Assembly: GCA_963804645.1 (NCBI GenBank)
Contig: CAWDRG010000009.1
Location: forward strand, 608,001-672,000
Length of the DNA stretch: 64,000 nucleotides
DNA from: an uncultured Bacillota bacterium
GTDB lineage: Bacteria > Sysuimicrobiota > Sysuimicrobiia > Sysuimicrobiales > Segetimicrobiaceae
Reading direction: 5' to 3'
Under the pieces are notes generated by a model that saw only the letters and a program-made list of their open reading frames with translations, made no database searches and was not told the DNA's origin. The stretch's first letter is position 1. The number at the start of each line of letters is the position of its first letter. A program made the position numbers and the translations under genes. Below are positions 55,656 to 64,000 of this stretch, piece after piece.

Positions 55656-57656
55656 ATGGACGTCACGCGCACCAAGGCGAAGCCCGCCACGCGGGCGATC
55701 ACGATCGAGGATCTCATGGAGTTCCGGATTCCCAACGATCCCCAGATCTCGCCGGACGGGTCCCTCGTGGTCTGTCCGGTGACGGCCGTCGACGCGCCGT
55801 CCAACGGGTACCGGACGCACCTGTGGATCGTGCCGATCGACGGCGCGCCGTGGCAGCTCACGGCGGCGGCGGCGCGCGACGTCAGCCCCCGCTGGTCTCC
55901 GGACGGCACGCGCGTGGCGTTCGTCTCCGACCGCGGCGGCAGCAAGCAGCTGTGGGTGATCGCGGCCACGGGGGGCGAAGCGCGCGCGCTCACGTCCGGG
56001 AAGCTGGCCCCGGGAGAGCCCGTCTGGTCTCCCGACAGCCGGTGGATCGCGTTCGTCGGCAAGCCCGAGCCGGAGGCCGGGCAGGAAGAGAGCGACGTGC
56101 GCGTGATCTCGCGGCTGCGCTACAAGCAGGACGGCGAGGGCTTCTGGGACGGCCGATGGAAGCAGCTGTTCGTCGTGGCCGCGGACGACGGCGCGCCGCG
56201 GCAGGTGACGCGGGGCGAGCACGATCACATCGCCCCGGCGTGGTCGCCGGACGGGCGGTCGCTGGCCTACGCCGGAAACCCCGCACCCGACGCGGATCTG
56301 AGCGGCGTGAGCGACGTGTGGGTCGTGCCGGTCGACGGCGGGAAGCCGGCGCGGCGGCTGACGGAAGGCGTCGGGCCGGTGCAGCAGCCGGCCTGGTCGC
56401 CGGACGGGTCCCGGATCGCGTACCTCGGGCACGACAACGAGTACTGGGGGGCGACGCACCTGCGGGTGTGGGTCGTGCCAGCGGCGGGCGGGGCGCCAGA
56501 GTGCCTCACGCGGGGATACGAGCGCAGCATCGGACATCATTTGAGCGGCGACGTCCGTCCGATGCCGTCGTCCGGGGGACTCACGTGGGCGCCCGGCGGC
56601 GGCCGGATCTACTTCCTGGTGACGGACGGCGGAAACACCCAGGTGGCGTCCGTCTCGACGGGAAGCGGCGAGGTGCGCCTCGAGACGCGGGGCGACCACG
56701 AGCTAGTGGGATGCTCGCTGGATCGCGCGGCGCGCCGCGTCGCCTGCGTGGAGAGTGATCCGGTGTCGCCGGGTGAGGTGGCGGTCGCCGACCTCGACGG
56801 GGCCGAGTCGGGCGCCGTCCGGCGCCTCACGCGGTGGAACGCGGCGCTCGTCGACGGCCTCGCCCTCAGCCGGCCCGAGCGGTTCGAGTGCCGCGGCGCC
56901 GACGGGTGGCCGATCGAAGGGTGGGTAATGAAGCCCGCGGGGATCGGGCCCGGCGTGCGCGTGCCCGCGGTGCTCGAGATTCACGGCGGACCGCACAGCA
57001 CCTACGGCAACGGATTCATGCACCAGTTTCAGCTGCTGTGCGCTGCCGGCTACGGCGTGATCTACTCGAACCCCCGCGGCAGCCACGGCTACACGCAGGC
57101 GTTTACCGCGGCGACTCACCACGATTGGGGCGGCAAGGACTACGAGGATCTCATACTGGCGCTGGATCACGCGCTCGGCGCGCACGCCTGGATCGACCCC
57201 GATCGGCTCGGCGTCGCCGGCGGCAGCTATGGGGGCTACATGGTCAATTGGATGATCGGCCACACCCAGCGGTTTCGGGCCGCGGTGGCGCTCCGCAGCA
57301 CCTGCGACCGCTACAGTCAGTGGGGCACGTCCGACATGGGCATGGAGAACGGACGCTGGGAGTTTCCGGGCGACCCCTGGACCGCGGAGGGCTTTTACCG
57401 GGAGCGGTCGCCGCTCACGTACGTGGCGCAGATGCGGACGCCGCTGCTCTTGACGCACGGCGAGAATGATCTGCGCTGCCCGATCTCCCAGTCGGAGCAG
57501 CTCTTCGTTGCGCTGGTCAAGCAGGGCACGCCGACCGTGTTCGTGCGGTTTCCCGGCGAGAGCCACAACATGTCGAGCGCGGGAAAGCCCAAGCACCGCA
57601 TCGAGCAGCTCAAGCACATCCTGGGGTGGTTCCGGAAATATCTGGTCGGCGGGTAG
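55656..57656 (+). CDS. S9 family acylaminoacyl/dipeptidyl peptidase
   Basis: WSPDG propeller repeats, IHGGP, GGSYGG, HGENDLRCP, ESH. Confidence 0.92.
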   Translation: MDVTRTKAKPATRAITIEDLMEFRIPNDPQISPDGSLVVCPVTAVDAPSNGYRTHLWIVPIDGAPWQLTAAAARDVSPRWSPDGTRVAFVSDRGGSKQLWVIAATGGEARALTSGKLAPGEPVWSPDSRWIAFVGKPEPEAGQEESDVRVISRLRYKQDGEGFWDGRWKQLFVVAADDGAPRQVTRGEHDHIAPAWSPDGRSLAYAGNPAPDADLSGVSDVWVVPVDGGKPARRLTEGVGPVQQPAWSPDGSRIAYLGHDNEYWGATHLRVWVVPAAGGAPECLTRGYERSIGHHLSGDVRPMPSSGGLTWAPGGGRIYFLVTDGGNTQVASVSTGSGEVRLETRGDHELVGCSLDRAARRVACVESDPVSPGEVAVADLDGAESGAVRRLTRWNAALVDGLALSRPERFECRGADGWPIEGWVMKPAGIGPGVRVPAVLEIHGGPHSTYGNGFMHQFQLLCAAGYGVIYSNPRGSHGYTQAFTAATHHDWGGKDYEDLILALDHALGAHAWIDPDRLGVAGGSYGGYMVNWMIGHTQRFRAAVALRSTCDRYSQWGTSDMGMENGRWEFPGDPWTAEGFYRERSPLTYVAQMRTPLLLTHGENDLRCPISQSEQLFVALVKQGTPTVFVRFPGESHNMSSAGKPKHRIEQLKHILGWFRKYLVGG

Positions 57657-57692
57657 AGGCGCACGGGCCGGACGCGCGCCCGCGCCGGCGGG

Positions 57693-58235
57693 TCAGGGCT
57701 GTGCGTGCCGCGCGTACTGCCAGAGCGCCCGGTCGAGCGTCCGCATCGTGATGCCGCACCGCGACGCGGTGCCGCGGCACCACAGCGTGTAGCGCCGCCA
57801 GAACTCGAACTCGTACGTGGAGGGCGGCGACGCGATCCCGGCGGACCAGAGCGCCCGCACGTCCAGGATCGGGTACGGCTGCCGGTGGGTCCAGTGGAGG
57901 ATCGCCGAGGCGATCGGCCAGCCGACGCCCTGCAGCAGCGTGAGGACGGTGATGCGCAGCCGCTCGTTCGGCGTCGACAGCGCGGTCGCGGAGATGGCCC
58001 GGATGTCGGCGGCCTCGTTGCGCGCGCAGAGCGGCTGCGACCGCGGCGTCTTCCACCGCGCCAGCGCGAGGAACTCGGCTTTGGTCAGCCATCCACGCGC
58101 GCGCGCGCGGGCCGCGACGCCGGCTTCGAGCAGGGCGTCCTGCGACGCGTCGAACCGTGCGGCCCACCGCGGGATGTCGCGCGCCGGGAAGCGCAGGGCA
58201 AACTCCCACGGGACGGCGCGGGTCACGCGACTCAA
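57693..58235 (-). CDS. Hypothetical protein with HhH-GPD-like DNA glycosylase motifs
   Basis: WKTPR, LQGVGWPIASAILH, YPILDVRA, LDRALW. Confidence 0.55.
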   Translation of the reverse strand: MSRVTRAVPWEFALRFPARDIPRWAARFDASQDALLEAGVAARARARGWLTKAEFLALARWKTPRSQPLCARNEAADIRAISATALSTPNERLRITVLTLLQGVGWPIASAILHWTHRQPYPILDVRALWSAGIASPPSTYEFEFWRRYTLWCRGTASRCGITMRTLDRALWQYARHAQP

Positions 58236-58274
58236 CCGCCTTTGTTCAGCGGTGGGGGGCGATCAGGCCGGCGG

Positions 58275-58484
58275 TCACCCGCGCCCCGCCTGATCGGCCG
58301 GGCGCTCCCGCCGCGGGCGCCGCATGAGCCCCGTGAGGAACCCCGCCGCGACCGCGAGGGTCTGCCGGCGCGCCTGCACCTCGTCCCGCGCGTTGCGCCA
58401 GCGCCGGCCGAGCTCCGTCAGGTCCGCGTCGATCGCCGCCCGCAGTTCCGTCAGATGTTTTTGAGGATCTCGTTGCGCAGCCAT
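58275..58484 (-). CDS. Small DUF3618-like protein
   Basis: MAAQRDPQKHLTELRAAIDADLTEL...LAVAAGFLTG; overlaps the end of the upstream membrane gene. Confidence 0.5.
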   Translation of the reverse strand: MAAQRDPQKHLTELRAAIDADLTELGRRWRNARDEVQARRQTLAVAAGFLTGLMRRPRRERPADQAGRG

Positions 58485-58884
58485 TGGATGTCGCTCCTCA
58501 CCTGGGCGGCGACGGCGTGCAAGCGCCGCAGCGTGAACCCGCGTATGCCGATCGCGACCAGCACGGCGATGATGACGAGCGTCCCCGCGAACGTGATCAG
58601 GGCGGCGAGCCACGGCGGCAGCGTGAGCGCCAGCAGCAGCACCACGGTGAGAAGGATGAGTCCGACCGCGTACACGCCGATGACCGCGGCGAGCCCGATG
58701 CACACGAGTCCGCGGACGATCCCGCGCACCGTCGCGCGCGCCTCGTCCTGGGCGAGGTCGCGTAGGCCCGCGCCATCGCCGCGACGTTCGCCACAAGCCG
58801 CTGAATGATTGCCGCGGCCGACTCGTCGCGCGTCGGCGCGTCTGTGCCGCCGCGTGACGATCCGGTCGGCAGATCGCTGGCCAT
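58451..58884 (-). pseudogene. Phage_holin_3_6 (DUF1469/YhjD-like) membrane protein with a frameshift near 58761
   Basis: GAGGGAG RBS and MASDL...QRLVANVAAMARAY in one frame, continuing DLAQDEAR...LPPWLAALI in another. Confidence 0.6.
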
Positions 58885-58997
58885 GCGCGTCACTCCCTCG
58901 CTCGGGTGCTGCCCGGATCTCGTTCCGGGGGTTGTTCGCCGCCCCGGCGCGGATGTCCCGCACCCCGCGCCGCGGGCCCGGCGCCGCCGGCGGCGCG

Positions 58998-59729
58998 CTA
59001 TCGCGCTTTGGTGATCAGGGCGACGTAGAGCGGTCCGCGCGGCGGCAGAAACCGGGTCGCGGTCCATCCGGTGCCGCGCAGGATCGCCCGCATCTCATCG
59101 CGGGACACGAGGAGATAGTCGAACCACGGCGTCGCGTAGCGCCGGTACCGGACCCTGATCCGCGCCTGCCCCGGCAGTCTGCCGCGGCGCCTGTTCGCGC
59201 GGTGATACGCGCGATGGGCCGGATTGTCGGTGTCGTGGGGGTCGAGACTCTCCGCGAGAATGCGGGCGTCCGGATCCGTGATCGCGTGCAGCCGCGCGAG
59301 CAGCCGCCGCGCCCGCGCGCGACTTCCAAAGAGCCCGAAGTTGTTGCCGAGCATGAGGACGGTGCCGAACGTCCCGAGCGACGGGCCGACGTCGCCGATG
59401 GACAGGACCCTCACGTGTCTGAGCCCGCGGCGGCGGCACACCGCGACGGCGAGCGGGGACACGTCGATGCCGAGCACGTCGAGCCCGCGGCGCTGGAGAT
59501 AGAGGGCGTGCCGGCCGGCTCCGCAGCCGATGTCCAGCACCCGGCCCCGCGCGAGCCGCACGGCCTGCCGGTGGCGCGGCGGCCAGTCGCGGTACTCGGC
59601 GAGGAACTGCTCGCGTCCGCCCGAGATATCGACGTAGCCGTCGTCGCGCTCGATCACCTCGTACCCGCGGCCACGGCCCCGTAGGTAGTCGCGGAGCGCG
59701 TGGCCGAAGGCGTCGTGCGTGTCGCGCAT
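58998..59729 (-). CDS. Class I SAM-dependent methyltransferase
   Basis: RVLDIGCGAGRH, GIDVSP, LMLGNNFGL. Confidence 0.88.
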   Translation of the reverse strand: MRDTHDAFGHALRDYLRGRGRGYEVIERDDGYVDISGGREQFLAEYRDWPPRHRQAVRLARGRVLDIGCGAGRHALYLQRRGLDVLGIDVSPLAVAVCRRRGLRHVRVLSIGDVGPSLGTFGTVLMLGNNFGLFGSRARARRLLARLHAITDPDARILAESLDPHDTDNPAHRAYHRANRRRGRLPGQARIRVRYRRYATPWFDYLLVSRDEMRAILRGTGWTATRFLPPRGPLYVALITKAR

Positions 59730-59762
59730 CCGGAGTCTCGCGTCCTCGGGCGTGTCGGCGGG

Positions 59763-59948
59763 TCAGTCGGGCGGCACGAACCGATAGACGGGCTCGAGCA
59801 TCCTCGACGCGTCGTCGGGCCGGAGGCGCGCCATCTGCGCCTTGATCATCGCCACCCGTTCGTAGATCGCGTCGGCGTCGGCGTCGTCGAGGCGCAGGCC
59901 CTGCTGCGCGGCCTCGGCCGCGAGCCACTCGCGCGTGAAGGACGTCAT
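59763..59948 (-). CDS. Small amidase-partner protein (GatC/AtzG-like)
   Basis: GGAGGT RBS, ATGA overlap with the amidase stop; MTSFTREWLAAEAAQQGLRL...LEPVYRF. Confidence 0.6.
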   Translation of the reverse strand: MTSFTREWLAAEAAQQGLRLDDADADAIYERVAMIKAQMARLRPDDASRMLEPVYRFVPPD

Positions 59949-61337
59949 GCGGTCACCTCCAGGGCGGGACGCCGTGTGTGCCATTCGGTGTGCTGCTCGT
60001 ACGCGCGGCCGATCCGGAGCAGCGTCGTCTCGTCGAACGCCTTGCCGACGAGCTGCATCGCGACCGGCAGCCCGCCGGCCGTAAACCCGCAGGGCACGCT
60101 GAGCGCCGGATGTCCGGTCAGGTTGAAGGGGATCGTGAACTTGCCGATGTCCGCGGGAGGCCCGGCCGCCTCGACCTCCAGCGTAAACGCCGGCGCCGGC
60201 ATCGTCGGGGTGACGATCGCGTCGACGCGCCGGAGCGCCTGCGAGAGGTCCTGACACCACAGGGCGCGGATCTGGGCGGCCTGCTGATACTCCGCGGCGG
60301 TGAAGAACGCGCCCGACGCGATGCGCCGGCGTGCGCGGGGTCCGTACTCCTCCCACTGCCGCCGCATCCGCGGGCGCGTGCACGCCGAACGCCTCCGCGG
60401 CGAGCAGCAGCCAGCCGGCCGGGGCGGCGTCCGCGGCGCGCGGCAGGTCGACGGGCTCGACCCGGGCGCCCAGCTCCTCGAGGCGCGTGAGCGCCGCGCG
60501 CACGAGGCGGCCGACCTCCGGATCGATCTGGTCGTAGAAGTACTGCGCCGGCACTCCGAGGGTCAGGTCCCGCACGCCCGCGTCGATGTCCGCGGCGTAG
60601 TCCGGCACCGGCCGGCCGGACGCGGTGGGATCGAGCGGGTCCGGGCCTGCCATCGCCCGGAGCAGGACGGCGCAGTCCGCGACCGAGCGGGCCATCGGTC
60701 CGACGTGGTCCATGCTCCAGCTGAGCGGGAACACGCCGTGCCGGCTGACCCGTCCGTAAGTGGGTTTGAGCCCGACGATGCCGCAGTAGCTCGCGGGCCC
60801 GCGGATCGACCCGCCGGTGTCGGACCCCGTCGCGAGGATCGCGAGCCCCGCCGCGAGCGCGTTCCCGGATCCGGCGCTCGAGCCGCTCGTGTACCGCGAC
60901 GTGTCCCAGGGATTCCGGGGAACGCCGAAGACGTCCGTGCCGCCGGTGGCAAACTCCGTCGTGTTGGTCTTGCCGAGCAGGATCATGCCCGCGTCCGCGA
61001 GCCGCCGCACGACGGTCGCGTCCGCGTCCGGCACGAAGTCCAAGAGGGTCCGCGAGTGGCACGTCGTCCGGATGCCCCGCGTGAAGATGATGTCCTTCTG
61101 GGCGACCGGCAGCCCGTGCAGCGGGCCCCGCCGGCGGCCGGCGGCGATCTCCCGCTCGGCCTCGCGCGCGTCGCGCAGCGCCGTCTCCCCGCACACCGTG
61201 ATGTAGCTGTGGAGCGTGTCGTTGTAGTGCGCGATCCGCTCGAGCAGCGCCGTCACGATCTCGACGGGCGAGAGCGAGCGGCGCTCGATGCGGTCACTGA
61301 GCTCGACCGCCGACAGGTAGCACAACTCGGAGTCCAT
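59945..61337 (-). pseudogene. Amidase-signature family enzyme (GatA/AtzE-like) with a 1-base frameshift near 60373
   Basis: GPLHGLPVAQKD, GKTNTTEFA, GSSAGS, GSDTGGSIRGPA; C-terminal PFNLTGHPALSVP...GLPVAMQL in a second frame. Confidence 0.8.
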
Positions 61338-61504
61338 CGAATCCCTCCCCGGGGGCGCGGCGATCCGCGGTGCGTCTTCTCCCGCCGTGATTCTCCTCGC
61401 GGCCCCGCGCTTCCCCCGCCCGCTCACCGTAGGAACGTGCGCGCGCCGCGTGGAACGTCAGGCGGGTTAGCGCGTTCATGTCGTGGGACCCTCGGAGGCG
61501 CATC

Positions 61505-61966
61505 GTGTCCGAAGTAGAACGAAAGCTCCAGGCGATGGGGTTGACGCTCCCCGACGCTCCGGCGCCGGTGGCCAACTACGTCCGCGCCGTGCAGGTCGGC
61601 GACCTCGTGTTCTTGTCGGGCCACGGTCCGACCAAGGACGGCGCGGCGGCGTATCGGGGCAAGCTGGGTCGGGAATTCTCGGTGGCGGAGGGCTACGAGG
61701 CGGCGAAGCTCGTGATGCTCAACTGCCTCGCGTCGCTCAAAGAGGCGATCGGCGATCTCGACCGGGTCCGGCGCATCGTGAAGCTGCTCGCGATGGTGAA
61801 CAGCACGCCCGACTTCGTCCGGCAGCCGGAGGTGATCAACGGCGCGTCCGATCTGCTGGTCGCCCTCTACGGGGATCGCGGTCGGCACGCGCGGTCGGCG
61901 GTCGGCATGGTCGCGCTGCCGTTTGACATCCCGGTCGAAATTGAGATGATCGTCCAGGTCTCCTAG
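61505..61966 (+). CDS. RidA/YjgF family protein
   Basis: PVANY, FLSGHGP, INGASDL, HARSAVG, PVEIE. Confidence 0.9.
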   Translation: MSEVERKLQAMGLTLPDAPAPVANYVRAVQVGDLVFLSGHGPTKDGAAAYRGKLGREFSVAEGYEAAKLVMLNCLASLKEAIGDLDRVRRIVKLLAMVNSTPDFVRQPEVINGASDLLVALYGDRGRHARSAVGMVALPFDIPVEIEMIVQVS

Positions 61967-61987
61967 GCCGGCGCGCGCGCGGCGCGA

Positions 61988-63229
61988 TCAGGCGAGGTGC
62001 GCGCGGTGCAGGACGGCGTAGATCGCCCCCATGAGCTGCCCGATGTGGTCGTCGTTGCGGCCCGGGATCGAGGTGGGCTGGCTGTTGAGGCCCACGGCGA
62101 TGATCGTGCCGGTGGTCGGCACGTAGGCGTAGAGCACGCGGTAGCCGAGCGTTTCCCCCTCGTAGAACCACACGGTGCCCGTCTCGGCCGTCGTCACCTG
62201 CGCCACCCCGAGTCCAAAGCCCCGGGGGTCCCGGAGCGTCGTCGTCACGATCGGGGCGCCGGTGTTGGTCGAGACGATGCGCAGCAGCTCGCGGCGCTGC
62301 GCGGGGGCGAGCGCGGGGCCTTCGTACAGCGCCCGGACCCACGTCGTGAGGTCTTCCATGGTCGAGACCATGCCGCCCGCGCCCTGCGCCCACGACAGGC
62401 TGAGCGCGCTCACGTCCCGGCCGATCAGTGACGCCGCCGGCCGCAGCGACGGATCGTCGTTGAAGTAGTATCCCGCCACCAGGCGCGCCATCACGGCCGG
62501 CGGGTAGTGGCTCGGGCTGTAATACGTCGCCCGCAGGCCGAGCGGCCCGAGCAGCCGGCGGGTCAGCTCGTTCGTGTAGGTGTCGCCGGTGGCCTTCTCG
62601 ACGATCATCTGCGCCATGATGTAGTTGGTGTTGGAATAGACCCAGCCCGGTCCCCGAGGCGGCGCCGGTCCGACCGCCGGGTAGGAGAACGCCACGAGCT
62701 CCGCGGGCGTCCAGTCGGTGTCCGGCCCGCTCCCCAGCGCGCTGATGAACTCCGGCGTGTCGTCGTAGGTGGGAATGCGGGTGGTCATGTCGAGCAGGCT
62801 CCGGATCGACATGTCCTTCCACGCCGGGTACTGCGGCAGCCAGCGGCCGAGGTGGTCGTCGATGCGCAGCGTTCCCTCCGCTTCCAGCTGCAGCAGCATC
62901 ACGGCCGTGAACGCCTTCGTGTTGCTGCCGATCTGAAAGAGGTCGCCGGGCGCGACCGGCGCCCCGCCGCCGATCCGGGTCCGGCCGGCCGTGACGTTGA
63001 TGTTCGTCGAGGCCCCGCGCACGCTGACGCTCAGCGACGCCGCGGAGATGTGCTCGATCGCCGAGCGCGTGGCCAGATAGTGGTCGAGCGTCTGCTGCAG
63101 CGCGGGGAGCACCGCGCGGGTGTCCGCCCCGGCGCCCGAGCTCCGGCCCGGCGCGAGCGTCACCACGAGCAACGCGGCGATCGCGAGCACCGGGGCCAGC
63201 GCCCGGCGGTGGCGCCCGCGGGCGATCAT
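61988..63229 (-). CDS. Secreted serine hydrolase (beta-lactamase class C / D-Ala-D-Ala carboxypeptidase, S12)
   Basis: Signal peptide; FQIGSNTK (SxxK), YSNTNY. Confidence 0.88.
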   Translation of the reverse strand: MIARGRHRRALAPVLAIAALLVVTLAPGRSSGAGADTRAVLPALQQTLDHYLATRSAIEHISAASLSVSVRGASTNINVTAGRTRIGGGAPVAPGDLFQIGSNTKAFTAVMLLQLEAEGTLRIDDHLGRWLPQYPAWKDMSIRSLLDMTTRIPTYDDTPEFISALGSGPDTDWTPAELVAFSYPAVGPAPPRGPGWVYSNTNYIMAQMIVEKATGDTYTNELTRRLLGPLGLRATYYSPSHYPPAVMARLVAGYYFNDDPSLRPAASLIGRDVSALSLSWAQGAGGMVSTMEDLTTWVRALYEGPALAPAQRRELLRIVSTNTGAPIVTTTLRDPRGFGLGVAQVTTAETGTVWFYEGETLGYRVLYAYVPTTGTIIAVGLNSQPTSIPGRNDDHIGQLMGAIYAVLHRAHLA

Positions 63230-64000
63230 GCAACCCCTCCGAGGGCCAGGCTCTGGATGACCGCGCTCGCCTTGAGGCCCGAGCCGGTGAGGATCAGGAC
63301 CGTCGCGCCCTCGAGGGCGCCGTGCGCGCGGCGCAGCTCGGTGAGGCCGGCGTACGCGACTGCGGTGGTGGGCTCGACGAACAGGCCGCGGCGCCCGAGG
63401 TCCGCGAGCGCGCCGGGGATGGCTTCGTCGGCGACGCGGACGATCGTGCCGCCGCTCTCGCGGACCGCCTCGAGCAGCGCCCGCCAGCGCAGCGGCGAGG
63501 CGGTCGCGATCCCCTCGGCGAGGAGGCCGGGCCGCGGCCGCACCGCGGGCAGGTGGTCCAGGTTGCGGTGGAACGCCTCGTAGAGCGGCGCGCACGCGTC
63601 GCTCTGCACCGCGACGAGCGCCGGCAGCCGATGAATGCGTCCGGACGCGAACAGCTCGCGAAATCCCTTCGCCAGCCCGAGCAGCATCGTGCCCTGCCCG
63701 ACCGGCAGCACCACGCGGGCCGGGGCGCCGTCAAGCTGCTCCGCGATTTCGAACGCCGTGGTCTTCAGCCCCTCGGCGTAGTAGGGATCCCACGCGTGGC
63801 TCGCGTAATACGCGTGCTCCGCGGCCGCGATCGCCGCGTCCCCCACGGCGGTGCGATCTCCGGGAACCGGCACCACCTCGGCCCCGTAGGTCCGCATCTG
63901 CGTGAGCTTGGCCGCGGACGCCGCCGCGGGCACGTAGACGGTGCACCGGATCCCGGCAACCGCGCAGTACGCCGCCATCGATGCGCCCGCGTTGCCCGAG
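63226..64000 (-). CDS. Threonine synthase-like PLP enzyme (5' end outside the window)
   Basis: SGNAGAS, EGLKTTAFEIAEQL, PVGQGT, VEPTTA, LTGSGLK. Confidence 0.85.
   Translation of the reverse strand, partial: SGNAGASMAAYCAVAGIRCTVYVPAAASAAKLTQMRTYGAEVVPVPGDRTAVGDAAIAAAEHAYYASHAWDPYYAEGLKTTAFEIAEQLDGAPARVVLPVGQGTMLLGLAKGFRELFASGRIHRLPALVAVQSDACAPLYEAFHRNLDHLPAVRPRPGLLAEGIATASPLRWRALLEAVRESGGTIVRVADEAIPGALADLGRRGLFVEPTTAVAYAGLTELRRAHGALEGATVLILTGSGLKASAVIQSLALGGVA

Noticed and set aside
55656..57656. S9 peptidase as the lasso isopeptidase
   Set aside because: It is 43 kb from the cluster, inside an unrelated catabolic run, and looks like an ordinary acylaminoacyl peptidase.
58275..58884. Prophage inferred from the 'phage holin' family protein
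   Set aside because: This family with a DUF3618-like neighbour is commonly chromosomal, and no phage genes or integrase are present.
60360..60385. Programmed ribosomal frameshift in the amidase
   Set aside because: There is no slippery heptamer; a single-base indel is the simpler explanation.
1..64000. CRISPR arrays, tRNA/rRNA genes, IS elements
   Set aside because: No spaced direct-repeat array, cloverleaf, rRNA-like tract or transposase motif was seen by eye; short RNAs could have been missed.

Overview
Very GC-rich, gene-dense bacterial chromosomal window. It is mostly catabolic and uptake genes: four family-5 peptide/nickel ABC solute-binding proteins, two permease pairs but no ABC ATPase, many peptidases and amidohydrolases, phosphoesterases and phnA, and acyl-CoA enzymes. 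I saw no rRNA, tRNA, CRISPR array or transposase. The standout is a compact lasso-peptide cluster at ~6.9-12.4 kb: a divergent GT4 glycosyltransferase, a fused RRE+leader peptidase (B), a cyclase (C), a 55-aa precursor (leader YRSPEVVCLG...LTE, core GADTLVAE-LPGDPSGGYYKPYAVPETETER) and a second, probably GT-B-like, uncharacterised protein. This is a candidate glycosylated lasso peptide system. Other elements the ORF track misses or misreads: a UGA-recoded UxxC peroxiredoxin-like selenoprotein with a SECIS-like hairpin (20735-21229), a 52-aa Arg/Lys-rich repeat microprotein (50641-50799), a compact yybP-ykoY-like riboswitch candidate, PHO-box-like 11-bp repeats, a CRP/FNR-type site, an AT-rich DnaA-box-like island, three divergent ketopantoate-reductase-like paralogues, and two single-base frameshifts. 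All family calls come from motif recognition by eye, not database searches.
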